A DNA stretch of 64,000 nt from Neoechinorhynchus agilis (lineage: Eukaryota > Animalia > Acanthocephala), in NCBI GenBank assembly GCA_051530055.1, contig CM121341.1:17896784-17960783 (forward strand), written 5' to 3'. A program made the translations under genes and the position numbers. The notes under the pieces were generated by a model, which was not told the origin of the DNA, ran no database searches, and saw only the letters and a program-made list of their open reading frames with translations. Shown in pieces: positions 25,268 to 36,999 of the stretch (position 1 is its first letter; each line of letters begins with the position of its first letter).

Positions 25268-27715
25268 CGCTCTTAGTTAAAGTAAAAGTTTAGCTATCAC
25301 TTCTAAGATGCTTCCAAAAAAATGTTTCTATTAGACGTTACGGTCACTGCTTGTATCTTAGTTGGTGAAACGAAATCTGATTGGCTACAGAACTTTCTTA
25401 ATTAGCTATGTGGAGCGGAAATGCAGGGTGCGAACAATCGACAGACCACACCCTGCTTACTATATTTTTCTTATCACAAATATAATAATGAAAATAATAG
25501 ATGGAAAAAGTAATGAAAAATAATTAAGAAATATAAAAAATGTCACTCATTAAAATCGATAATTCCGATCCTTTGCTATTTCTAGAAATGTAAAGAGTTG
25601 CTTTCTGTACCGGCAAAATGAAAAGTTTGCCGATTGTTCAATTAAGTGACCTAGAAAGTATTGCATGAGTGAAATCAAAAGCGATTTTCCGTAATTAAGA
25701 GGTGCTAAAATGAAGTCGCAGAGATGTGTTTATACGAGAAGAGGGATTTTACGAAAAAACGAATGTATTAATTTAAATCGAAAGTTTTAGCTGTTTGCGT
25801 GTAATGGGCTCATGCTGTTACATGAACATTCTTTATGGAATTTGTTCGAATTCAAGAATTTTCAATTTTTGGGAAATTTTAGTGCAGAATTGCATTGTGC
25901 CTCCGAAGTATCGGACTTCATAAATTTCTTGAATTTTTCACCAAAAAAAACATGAACAATTGTATCTTCACACAGAAATAGAACTAACATTTTTAGTAAA
26001 TCGTATTCTTTACAGCGAAGCTCATCGCTTCACTTAGAATCAAATGTATCGATTTTCCCTTCGAACGATGCACACCAAGTTGATTCTATAAACTTCTTGG
26101 CTTAAGAAAAATGTCGAGCAAAAACAATTTGTTTGAAATGAATGCATAAGCAGCTCCTAAACGTTGATCTAGACGGGATTTTTCCACCATATCAATAGGG
26201 ACATTACCTTTATCGCATAGAAAACACAATCGTTTTCTCTTAATTTTGTTCTTTGGCGATGTTGTTTCATTGAGAGAAATGCGAAGCATGTAACCGAGAA
26301 GACGACCATGATCGCCTTAGGCCGGAAATTCTAAGATGGATTTTTTTCTCTGGTAAATTTATGAGTTCGTCATGTATGTTTACAGAGCTTTATAATAGAA
26401 GTAAACAAACTTTAGGATATGAGATGCGTGCTTTAAAATCTTTTTATATATACATTCTCCGAAAAATATTTCGATTTGAATCCTCTGAAATTTTCCATTG
26501 TTGAGAGCTGAGTCGAGGGAATTGCGTTTTTTTCCCTAAGCTTGCTGTGATTGTTACGCGGTCTTAATCCAAGGATGAAACCTTTTCACGTACAGCTTCT
26601 TAATGCTACCGAAATTCCAAATGCTGATGTACGGTACAATCGCAAGAACATTGACCACCTTAGATGATTGAACAATTAAACGTATCAATATATCCAATTG
26701 AATTTCCTAGGCTTGTGATTGAAAGTCAATTGTCCGCATAGATCGAAAGGATTGTTTCTACGCACGCGATCCAAGCGGAATTGTAAAATAATTTGCAACA
26801 CAGCATTTAATTGTTGGACTTGCGGTGATCGTAATCCCGGATAAAATATATTTCATTAAATTTAAATATTTTGCGAGGAGGCTTCGCCTCATCAGTCATT
26901 GGTTTCACTGTTTTATCCGCACTTGTACAACGCTGATTTGATTTTTTTACCAATTTAATAAAAATTGATTATTCAATATCCGAAGGATTTTCTCATAATG
27001 ACAACATTTAATCGTGAGAATACGAAAATTTCACTCATTTCAGAATGCTGTAGTTCTTTTCATCAAATTCAGCCAAAATAATTGAATATAAAAATATGAT
27101 TTGAAGAAATCGATTCGTGTAAGAAAGGCTTCAGTCCTTTCAGGTGTGAAATTTTGTCGGCAATGAAGTTTAAAGGAAATAGGAGCAAGTATAAAAGATA
27201 TTATAAAAGAACGAAAATCCACCACGCTGTGGTATCAAAGAGAGAGCGTTCGCATTTTGTATACATAATTTCCAAAGCTTTGTGTATATTGGCGCAGATT
27301 CAATAAGTTATTAGCTGAATTTCGGCTTGTGGTGCTTTATTTTAAATTTTAACTTAAAGGTGATGATTCCCCCATGAAGGCTTTACATCGCAAGCTGCTA
27401 AAAACGGAGAAATCGATACCGTCAATAAAAGGTAGAGGATTGTTTTTATTGAGAATCTTAAGTATTAGAATAATGCTGGCAAAGTACCCATGTCTTTTCG
27501 CTGTAAAAAAATACGACACAGTTCATGAGTAAAAACAATTTGTTTAAACAACCATAGCCACGGTGCACACAAACGTCAACTGTCGACTTTCACTCGATGT
27601 TTCTTACAGCTTTCAAATATCTATGCTAGCGAGAGTCCGAATATTTCACCTTCGAAATTGTAAAGATGTTAATCGTTTACTTTTTTTATAGCGAATTATA
27701 ATAATTGATTGAATT

Positions 27716-27760
27716 ATTTGATAATTTTCGGCCTTCGCGTAGGTCTTCTTCAGTCTATGA
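27716..27760 (-). ncRNA. Partly degenerate hammerhead ribozyme motif upstream of RPB4
   Basis: Reverse complement reads taga-CTGAAGA-a-GACCT-acgcga-AGGCC-GAAA-at-TA-tcaa; one mismatch each in stems I and II. Confidence 0.55.
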
Positions 27761-27823
27761 AGCTCTATTGATGTTAAATGAGTACGGCATATCTTCTTCA
27801 CCAGCATCGTGACCGCCTTTTAG

Positions 27824-28273
27824 ATGGATTCAAATGAAGCTCTGTCTCCAAGACCGAACGCCATTCTCGGTTCATTCTACGAAGAAGATGCCTTGTACTT
27901 AAAACTACCGGAAATCCCTAAGGATACCCGCATTGCTTCAATAAGTGACGTCTATTTAATCCTTAAAGACCGTTTGACTAAATTTAATGAATCCAAGCAC
28001 TCAAAACAAAGCCACATGATGCTGAACTATTGTGAGAAAGTCGTGAAATTTAAAACAGAGCGATGTTTGCAGGAAGCTGAATCGACCATTAGAGCCGCGT
28101 TCGATGCTCATATATTCGAAGTTATCACTCTTGTGAATCTTCTACCAAAGACTAGCGAAGAAGCAAAGAATTTGATCCCGACTCTTGAGGAAAAGATTGG
28201 AGATGATAAGTTACAGGACTTACTTGATAGACTGTCCGAGATTCATGAATGTGAAGCTTCTAGAAGTCTGTAA
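27824..28273 (+). CDS. POLR2D: RNA polymerase II subunit RPB4
   Basis: EEDA.L, FEVITLVNLLPKTSEEAKNLIPTLEEK and LQDLLD match the RPB4 pattern. Confidence 0.88.
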   Translation: MDSNEALSPRPNAILGSFYEEDALYLKLPEIPKDTRIASISDVYLILKDRLTKFNESKHSKQSHMMLNYCEKVVKFKTERCLQEAESTIRAAFDAHIFEVITLVNLLPKTSEEAKNLIPTLEEKIGDDKLQDLLDRLSEIHECEASRSL

Positions 28274-28279
28274 AAAACA

Positions 28280-28890
28280 AGGAATTGACGTTGAAACTTC
28301 AATTTTGGTCTGCTTATCGATTTTAGATAGGTTTAGACATGTAGCTAAAAATAAGGATTCCAATACCTTCATCGAATTGCAAAGCGCTTTATGCAAAATT
28401 AATCTACAACGTCCTTTAGGTCTTTGTAAGGAACCGAAATCATCATCCCATCCAGTAGTTAATGAACGCATTATAGTTCCGCATAAATGGCGATTCAGGA
28501 AAATGTCTTGACAGCCACCGTTGTTCATGCAATAACCGAACCACAAATGGCAAAAATGTATTTTATACCTTCTTTGCAAAGGTACATAAAACAGAACTCA
28601 GGTTCTGTTTGACTATAGCATCCTACATGCCGGTCACCCACTCGATGGCAAATGATATTAATCACTTGATAAGGATAAAGATGAACAACTATGAACTTGA
28701 CAATACGCTACGCAAGGACTAAGTTTTCATACCGCTGATGTAGCATCTTTATTAACAATTGTACCGATTCAATGGACTCAAGCATTATTGTGGTATACGA
28801 CAAAGAGGGTCTTCCAATTTGAAGATAAATAATACGAGCAACACTATGGTGTTACTATGGGATCACCATACGTTGAGAGAATATTTTTCC
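28280..28890 (+). mobile_element. Decayed Penelope-like element reverse transcriptase
   Basis: GLCKEPK...PVV (cf. GLPKIHK...RPIV), ADVASLLTIVPI (cf. DVxSLFTNVP), VFQFEDK*YEQHYGVTMGSP (cf. FxFxxxxYxQxxGxxMGSP). Confidence 0.75.
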
Positions 28891-28984
28891 TTTGAATTAT
28901 TTCAAATAGTAATTTCGAACATTATATTCATCAGGTTTTCATAACTACGATATTAATATTTTTGAGTTATCGAATTCAATAAGC

Positions 28985-29560
28985 AAATAGATAACTGGAT
29001 TGTTTAGGAAATTTCTATACCACGGCCTTGACTGCAAGCGTTCAACTGCTCGCCACGCACGGCACTCAGCAGTCAACCGCATAATCAGGGAAGCCCTCTC
29101 AACGGCCGGTTTTTTAGCTCGACTCGAACCAGTTGGACTCTCCCGGAACGACGGTAAACGCCCTGATGGAGCGACTCTCCTCCCATGGTGCTCCGGGAAA
29201 ATACTGGTTTGGGATTTTACCTGCCCCAACACGCTCGCAGCATCCCACTTACGGGATGCCACCTCAAAGGCGGGAGCAGTCGCCAGCTTCAGCGAGGAAA
29301 AGAAGCGGCAGAAGTACTCCTCGCTCGATGGGCATCAATATATTTTCATCCCGATTGCGGTGGAAACACTGGGATGTCTCGGCAAAGAAGCCGATTATTT
29401 CCTCTCACGACTGGGAGGGATGCTAAAACATGCCACCGGCGATATGCGATCCAGCAGCTTCCTGTTGCAGCGAATCAGCGAATCAGCGCGGCGATCCAAC
29501 GCGGCAATGGCGCGGCCATCAGGGAAGCTGCCGAACAAACATAACATTTGAAGAAAACGA
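28985..29560 (+). mobile_element. 5'-truncated CRE-type retrotransposon (family D), endonuclease region
   Basis: HGLDC...RHSAVNRIIREAL...DGKRPDG...WDFTCPNT...IAVETLG. Confidence 0.85.
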
Positions 29561-29634
29561 AACTATGTTCATTCATAGAATAAATTTTAAAGGTACTAAA
29601 TATTTTACGCATAAAAGTTTTATTTATCCTAACT

Positions 29635-32516
29635 TTATTCCTGATCCATATTCTCAGACTCTTCTTGATCTGGAAGGACGGAATGCTGGACCTCTAACAA
29701 ATGAACAGCCGCTGGTCTTGTGGCCTTTTTCTTCCACCCGAATTCGTCCTCCATTCGCCTAAGTCTGAAAATATCATTCTCGGGCGCACGGTGAATACCC
29801 CTAAATCCTATGTCATCATCGATTCGACCAATTCTTCGAATTGCGCCATTGGAAGTAACACGGACGTGAGTGAGATTATAGAATTCGGAACGAGAAATTG
29901 GTTCTCCAGCAATTGTTACAAAGTGAGGATCAAACACTTCAGGCAGCTCTATATCATTCAAATACTCAATCAATTTGTCTACGATTACGAATGGACCTTC
30001 AAATGAATACGGAGGTGGTAGACGCTTGGCAAGATCAGCCAAAGCTGAAGGAAATGGAAATATTCCGCCAGGTGTAGTATGCCAACCGGCTAAGTGAAGT
30101 TTTGTTGGTTTATAAGGAAGAGCTGATTCTGTATGAGGAATTCTTATTGTTGTATCCAGGTCAAATGACTCGGTTAGTGGATCAGATGCCACTTGAGTAT
30201 AATCGAACGATCGCTTTTCTTCATCAGTTACGCATTCCAGACCAAGAAACTTGAATCTTTCAACCAATGACGTGGTTCCGAGAGAACCAATCGAAGTACC
30301 GCTTGTTGCTGATGCTCGGATGGCGTCCTTTCGCGCGTTTTCAACCTTTAACACGCTTGATAGGTCACCACGCTGGGTTTCAAATTTCAGATAAATTTCC
30401 CACAGATATTTAGTATGTTGATCGTTTTGATTTGAGAAAACAGGGCTACTTATTGTCTTCTCGAATAAAATTCTAGTTCCGGACTCATCCTCATTCAAAT
30501 TCATCATCATTTCCAAGCATGTTAGGACGTATTTAGGATTATTCGAGTGTTTCGCAAGACCTAGGTCTATTACTTTACACAATGGAGGATGGAAGTTTTT
30601 TCAGCTTAACAGTACAAATTGTTGACTAAACGCAACCGACCAAACAGCTAAGAATTTTAGCGTCCATTCAGTAATAGAAAAACCAACATAAACATGCTTT
30701 TTAGTGACAAAATGTTAGGAAATATCATTAACCAACTTAACTGCAGTGAAAAGCTAAACGATCAATTTTTAGCAATTGAAATATTGCAAATAAATCTTAC
30801 AAAGTCATTACTTGGCTAGATTTTCTTATTATTAATTGGCATTTAAGTAAATTTGATTTTGAACGGAGTGACTCCTTTCATTGGTCTATGTTAAATAAAT
30901 TGACCAAAATGCACCTGCAAGTAAAAATTACACGGTTGACATAAAGAAAGCAAAAACATCAAAGAATCTAGAGATGCTAATGGTAACATGTTTCAGGAAG
31001 ATGCACTTTATACTTAAATTCTTGTTTGAAACTAACCTTTTAACACGATACAATCAACAAAATGAAGGTTTGCCACTTGCAAAAACTCTATAAACCCACA
31101 TTAAGATCCATCCACCTGTCTACAACCCACTTCGTGTCCGTTTTCAGGATTACATTGAAATTCCATTTCAGCAGCAGCTTCATAGATATGACAGCTACAT
31201 CGCCGGTCATCCCGTGCTCGTCGGAACACTTCACGAGCGTTCACAACTCCATCGCGCCTACAAATAAACCTCATGAGCATAATATATGCTAAAGTTGGAT
31301 CTATCGATCGCTTATCGATATATCGTTCATATACAGCTTCAGCTGCCGACATATTATTCTGAGATTCCTCGAGGTCGGCGAGAGCGAAATGAACAAGGGC
31401 AGAATCCTGCAAGTAGGTACTTAAAGCAAGCTCATATTGTTTTCTCGCTTTATTCACATAATCAATATCTTTCTCAGATTCGAAGACTTCGAGAAGGTAT
31501 TCCGCAAATTCGTACCATATTTCTAAAGCGAATATTTTCCATTTTTAAGGACAAAAACTTATTTGGTAACGAATTCTTTTGGTGCCATTGGTAGGTTGAG
31601 TTTAGCGCATGATTCTAGTCTTGCTTGAGTATCAAGCATGAAAACTTTGGGCCACCTAGAATTGGAAATATTCGACTACGTGGTACCCGAGAGACAAAAG
31701 ACATTGTTCGTATGCGTGCATGACTCGCTCAGCAAGAGTTTTGTTATCGGACAATCGTAAAGGATTGCTTTTTTCCCAATCAATATAAGTTTGCCAGCGC
31801 TTGACAATCTGAGAGGAATTTGAAGTCCACGCAGGTGCTGTACTGGGGCCTCCGATTTCAATTGTGCGTAACATTCTTTCAATTTCATGAGCTGCTCGCT
31901 TCATCTTCTCATAAGTTCTAGCATGTTCATCGATTTTCGTGTTCATAACATCGATACTTCCACTAATTGACATTTCAAACCGACAGAACGTATCCCAAAG
32001 TTGTTCAATTCCAATAAGTGGAGTCGACAGGGCGTCCCCATACACTTCTCTAATCTTATGAAACTCATTTGGGCTGCTAATTGAAATGTTGAGAAAATCT
32101 ATATATGCAATCCATATTGGGGTACTAAATGGGTTCCTTCCAAGCTTCTGCAATGCGAATTCGTAGGCGTCAATAATAATCTGACGAAAGTTTCGTATAG
32201 AACTTTTATTTTCTGTTAAATATTTTAAATAACACATCCACAATTCAACATGTGGTACGTTCATTAAGCACCGATGAAATAATTTCTCTACAAATTCAAA
32301 ATTCTTTGCAGTGAGCTCCGCTTCGATATACGATTTCCAATATCGTCCACATGTAGGAAATTGTGATACCAAAGATTCGAAAAAGTCACGAGTGTCGTCT
32401 ACTGAGCGCTTCTTTGCGTCAGATAATAGGACGGACCATGCGTCCACGGCGCTAGGATTTTCCTTTATGCGCTCACGAGCTAGTTCCAGTCGGTAGCTTT
32501 CTGTTTCAGCAGCCAT
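29635..32516 (-). CDS. CSTF3: Cleavage stimulation factor 77 kDa subunit, three exons
   Basis: HAT repeats: FPTCGRYWKSYIEAE, WEKSNPL, AYEQCLL, TRILFEK, FETQRGDL, PPPYSFEGPFVIVD. Two non-GT-AG interruptions. Confidence 0.93.
30576..31122 (-). other. TA-bounded, inverted-repeat intervening sequence in CSTF3 (second)
   Basis: GGT TG[TA]gacag...attgtg[TA]AA GTA joins to EVGCKVIDLGL; ggatgga/tccatcc stem plus terminal aca/tgt. Confidence 0.7.
31524..31678 (-). other. TA-bounded, inverted-repeat intervening sequence in CSTF3 (first)
   Basis: CAC G[TA]gtcgaatatt...aatattcgctt[TA] GAA joins to YHVEIWYE; 12-bp stem with one bulge; no in-frame GT-AG option found. Confidence 0.85.
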
Positions 32517-32949
32517 GTCTAAAATAGGTGTCGATTTTGCGCGTATAATTTTTACAAAATGCAAAATTTGAGATCCTTTGACAAATTTGTTATAATTTTA
32601 ATCGAATTTTAACACCCTCTATCAGTTAAAATCAATCGAAATATACACTCTTCTTCAAGGATCCCTCGCGGGTGACCTCAATTATACTATATCATCCAAC
32701 CACCCGAAAAGCTTTTATAAATGGTCGTAAAAATCAAATCGAGTGGCGAATACTTCGAGCGATTGTAACTTTAACTTTGATAGACATTTTAAGGTTGTTG
32801 GATTAACGTTTATTTTTCGCGTGATTCTACAATTCTACTTATTTCCGCATTAAGATGAACCTTCAGTTTCATGAACCCGTCTTAACCTGATAAAGAATTT
32901 TTTATTAAAGACGCTTAGAACCTCGTTCGTTAGTTAGTAAAATACTTTT

Positions 32950-33040
32950 TTTACTAACAAACTAATGATGAATCCCGACGAGGTTCGAATCGGGTTTAGA
33001 CCTAAACAATAATTCCAATCACATTCCCCTATACCTTATA
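32950..33040 (+). repeat. Degenerate copy of the hammerhead-bearing dispersed repeat
   Basis: aacaaactaatgatgaatcccgacgaggttcgaat, then gacctaaacaataattccaatcacattcccc as at 22.6 kb; catalytic core mutated. Confidence 0.7.
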
Positions 33041-33265
33041 TATCGACATTGCTAGACAATCATTGACAATGCTGACATGAGTGGGCCTGAGATTTCTCAC
33101 TTTAATAAAATTAATTTTTGCTTTTAGCAGAGAGTTAAGATCGACAAAAAAGTAATTTTTGACTAAAAAAATTAAACACTACGAATAATTTCTAAAGTTT
33201 TGTGATCTTTCCATTTGTCATTAAAACATCACCAAGTCTAAAGATAAAATCCATGAGTATGTGAA

Positions 33266-33446
33266 AGTGGGGAAAATTATATATCCAAGAATCACTTTAA
33301 TTAAAATATTTCGTCCAATCACGCTGGACTTCTTCAGTCAATTATTGCTTGTAAGTTTTTAAATATTCGAGTGACTGAAGAAGTCCAGTGTGATTGGACG
33401 AAATATTCCAATTAAAGTGATTCTTGGATATATAATTTTCCCCACT
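33266..33446. repeat. Palindrome with two outward-facing hammerhead motifs
   Basis: Arms about 75 bp. Minus strand reads ttga-CTGAAGA-a-GTCC-agcgtgatt-GGAC-GAAA-ta-TT-ttaa; the plus-strand copy has a weaker stem I. Confidence 0.8.
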
Positions 33447-35174
33447 CACACACATCACCAAGTTTATGTTCAACTACAGCACTATCGTAACATTGCAAAA
33501 TCCTCAGCGTATGCGTAATTTACCCAAAATTCTCGTCGTTTCAATACCATTAGAAATCGTTAATCAATCCGAAAGGTAAAATTTCACACAAAATTCGCGT
33601 CGATTTCAACCGACTGCAAATTCTTTCTGATTTTGCTCTCCATTACGTTCACCAACCTCATCTTTTCGAGGTCCTAAACGAACGCCAAAATGCAACAGGA
33701 CTAAGCGAGAACGGTTGAAGTGCATTCTATGTTTGGAAATGCGATTTGAAATCGCAAAGCATTGCTTGCGCTTAAGTTCTAGTTTAAATTGAACAATGAA
33801 ATTGCATTATTTATCGCAATGAACATTCTTCAACAAAGGTGAGCTTCAGACGATGTTAGACAAAATATCTGCAACTAATCTGGCGCCTTTCAACCGAGGC
33901 TAAATCGAGACCTCTTGGCTATATCTTAACGGGTTCACGGTTCTATTCTCTGTCATCATGTGAACTGCACTGCCCGTTTTCTCTGATGACGAATAAGGAA
34001 TATTCGAGTGTTAATGCTATAATATTCTTTGATTTTGTGAATAGCTCCATTCACCAAACATCGTCTTCGTCGAATGTCTGTTTTGTTTTTCCTGAATTTT
34101 GATTATTTTCGGTTTAAGCGGTTAAGAACAACAGTTAATTTTTGACTGATATTTCGGAGTTTTACTCCAACCCGCGCGATCTACAACGGTAGAGTTAGAA
34201 AAAGGTCAGTGAGGAAGTCAACTCGTCCCGTTGGTTGAACACCATAACCTGTCTCACGTTAATCGTCTCCTCCTTACGACCACCAATCCCACTTTTCACC
34301 TCTTGTGCGATGAGAAACGCCCCCACAAGCGAAAGTTCCAATGAGTCTCTCGCTTGATACTTCAGGGCCGTCGAACGCTTTACTCCTTAATCTGAGAGGA
34401 ACCGTTAATAGTGTTTGGCCCATGGAGGCCGCGTTCGGATTCAATGCGTTACGGGCCTGTTCACAAATACGCACGTGGGGTGACCTCTCCGTCTCCTCAA
34501 TGCATACGCCCGGATCTGTTCCTGTGCTGAGCAAAGAGGTTGTCTTATTGACATTTAATCCTTGAAGTAAACTTAGTTCATTTCATGTCTATTAAGTATT
34601 AGCAATTATTTTCAAGGCATTGCAATTTTTAAATGAAAATCAAAAGCAAAATCTCAATGAACTTAAAATATGTACAAGAACGACTACCGTCCTCGTTGGT
34701 CTAATTTAAAGCTTTTAAACCCTACAATTTAATTTCTTTTGGTGATCACACATTGACATCTATTCACATTTTTATGGAACCATTTTGTGTAAACAAACCG
34801 GCTTGCCAGTAAAAAAACCTTAAAATAGGATAATAAATTCAATCAAAGTTCAATTTTGAGTGGTTACTTCAATACAAACCGACAACCATCTAAATACCCT
34901 TTGAAGTTTTTAACAAATACAACCAACTGTAAAACAACACTAAGATTCAAATCCCTTAGAATAGTCTTATTTAAAAGCTGCCCATATTATCCCAGAACTT
35001 GGACTCTTATTCACGCGATATAAAACGAGATTTCCCACGCATTGCGATAGCCTGCGATAGTAGATCTAAATTATTAAGCAACTGATAAGAGCGCTTGAAA
35101 GTAACAAACTCAAGCTAACAATCAAACAAGATTTCCTCGTCGCGTTAAGATTTGAGAGCTAAGGTTACAATAAC

Positions 35175-35895
35175 TCACAGATCCTCATTACCAACCTGGT
35201 ATTTTTTATCGGTTAAAGGTACGTATCTAACATCCATTAGTTGTTCTTCTTTGACCTTTCCATCTTCTCCTTTTATGTACTTAATCATTGTTTGAAAAAG
35301 AGACCCGACTGGTGCAAGCAAAACTCCTCCCGGATTCAATTGATCAATTAGACTTTGAGGCTTTGAAGTACAAGCCGCACCAACGTGAATTGCATCATAT
35401 GGGCTGTTCTCAACATTTCCTTCCCTACCGTCGGCTTCGATGATCTCTATAAGACCACTATTCAGTAACCCTGAGTCCAGAGAATTTAAATTCTCCACTG
35501 ACTTATCAACGAGTTGTTTGATATGTTCAACTCCCACAACCTTTCCACTGGGTTGTACCATGTAGGCGAAACAAGCACACAAGTATCCAGATCCGCTGCC
35601 AACGTCCAAAACGCGTTTTCCGGGCTGGAGATTGCTTCGAAGAATCTCAAGAGCATGAGCATGCATGTGAGGTGCTGATATCGTTACAGAATATCCGATA
35701 CTTTGAGGAGAATCGTTGTAAGTATTGTTCGGACAAAAGAATTTTCGATCAACTTTTAGCATCACATCGTATACTTGTTGAGTTACGATCACGTTTGCCC
35801 CTACGGTCATTAGAATTAATAGGGATCAAAAACGGACTTTTACTTTTAAGGTTTTCCAAGAGCTCTCGCATTGAATTGGCAGCAAGCCAAGTCAT
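35175..35895 (-). CDS. PCMT1: Protein-L-isoaspartate O-methyltransferase
   Basis: TISAPHMHA, VLDVGSGSGY, PYDAIHVGAA, VRYVPLT; 43-nt GT-AG intron after MTWLAANSMRELLENLK. Confidence 0.95.
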
Positions 35896-36348
35896 TCCTG
35901 TGATTGAAAATATAAATAGAAGTACGCAAATCTCAAAAGGTAAGTTGTCGATTATTGGTTGTAGGCGGCGATCAAACTTCCTAACGATAAAAAATCAGCA
36001 GAATTCTTTGGCTAAGCTGTGGAATAATAAAACAGTTCAGTCATCAGAAATTGTTTATTATAAAAGAAAAAGTAAAAAAGGTTCTTATATCGATACAAAA
36101 AACCCGTTATTTCGACACGGACCTTTGACAATCGAGTTTTTATTCGACCTGAAAAATAGGGAGTTTAAAGAGTCACTTCTTTTTCGAAATTTCAACAAGT
36201 TTCGCTCCAATCATAAAGGCCTTTTGGACAAAATTCATAAATCACAAAACTTACCTTTAGGGAAATCTCCATCCGAAACAATAGCATGCGATGCTGTTCT
36301 TATCCGTAAAAACCATTTTCACATTCTTCTGTTTCTATTTTAGACAAG

Positions 36349-36428
36349 TACCGAGCTTAGAACACCGCTGTTCTTAGTCTTCATGCGCCATCACCAGCGC
36401 TTCTTCATTAAAATTGTGGCGCTCGGTA
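36349..36428. other. TA-bounded perfect hairpin, candidate member of the intervening-sequence class
   Basis: aagtaccgagc (36346-56) is the exact reverse complement of gctcggtactt (36421-31); GTAC direct repeat at both ends. Confidence 0.45.
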
Positions 36429-36754
36429 CTTCTGGCACATTCCATACATTAATCTCTTTTATTCTCAAGATTCAAGTTATTTTGTTGGTTTTGGATCTAC
36501 ATTAAAAAATGCAGTAAATAAACGCTGACATTTTACGATGCCCTTCAGGAAATTGGTTTTTCTACTCAGCGCTTGGCATTAAGGTTTTCTTAGCTTAAGT
36601 TTTGCTTTAGGAAAAGACTTGTACTTTAAACAAACTCACGACAATGACACAAGCTTTAGTGCATTTTCTTTTTGGTATCTTTGCTGTAAATTAATGCGAT
36701 GAAAATTTTTGATTTTGTGAATTTAATTTCTTCATTAGGTTTTTTGGACTTGAA

Positions 36755-36815
36755 ATCATTCACACCACCGCTCTTGATCACTCAGCTGCCGTCCTAGTGT
36801 AACGACCACTGACTC
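36755..36815 (-). mobile_element. Extreme 3' stub of CRE family B
   Basis: gaaatcattcacaccaccgctcttgatcactcagctgccgtcctagtgtaacga, shared with the 8845, 39140, 41267, 45611 and 52740 copies. Confidence 0.7.
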
Positions 36816-36999
36816 TATTTCGATACCTGATATCGTGCGGGTTCTGTCCAGGAACGTCCTGAAACGGATCCCAAAGGGCGCACGATATCAAGTCGCCAAA
36901 GCATTTACGGGACTGCTCAACGATTGCCTTCAAAAGAACTGTACGCTATCATAGACACGGCTCTTCGCATTCCCGCGCTTATTCCTTTGCACCATTGAT

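Noticed and set aside
28220-28579. Minus-strand ORF containing CMNNGGCQD, which looks EGF-like
   Set aside because: Cys pattern is incomplete; the region is better explained as the antisense of the Penelope RT relic.
34270-34565. GC-richer island with short ORFs on both strands
   Set aside because: Probably a retroelement scrap, but no diagnostic motif could be read.
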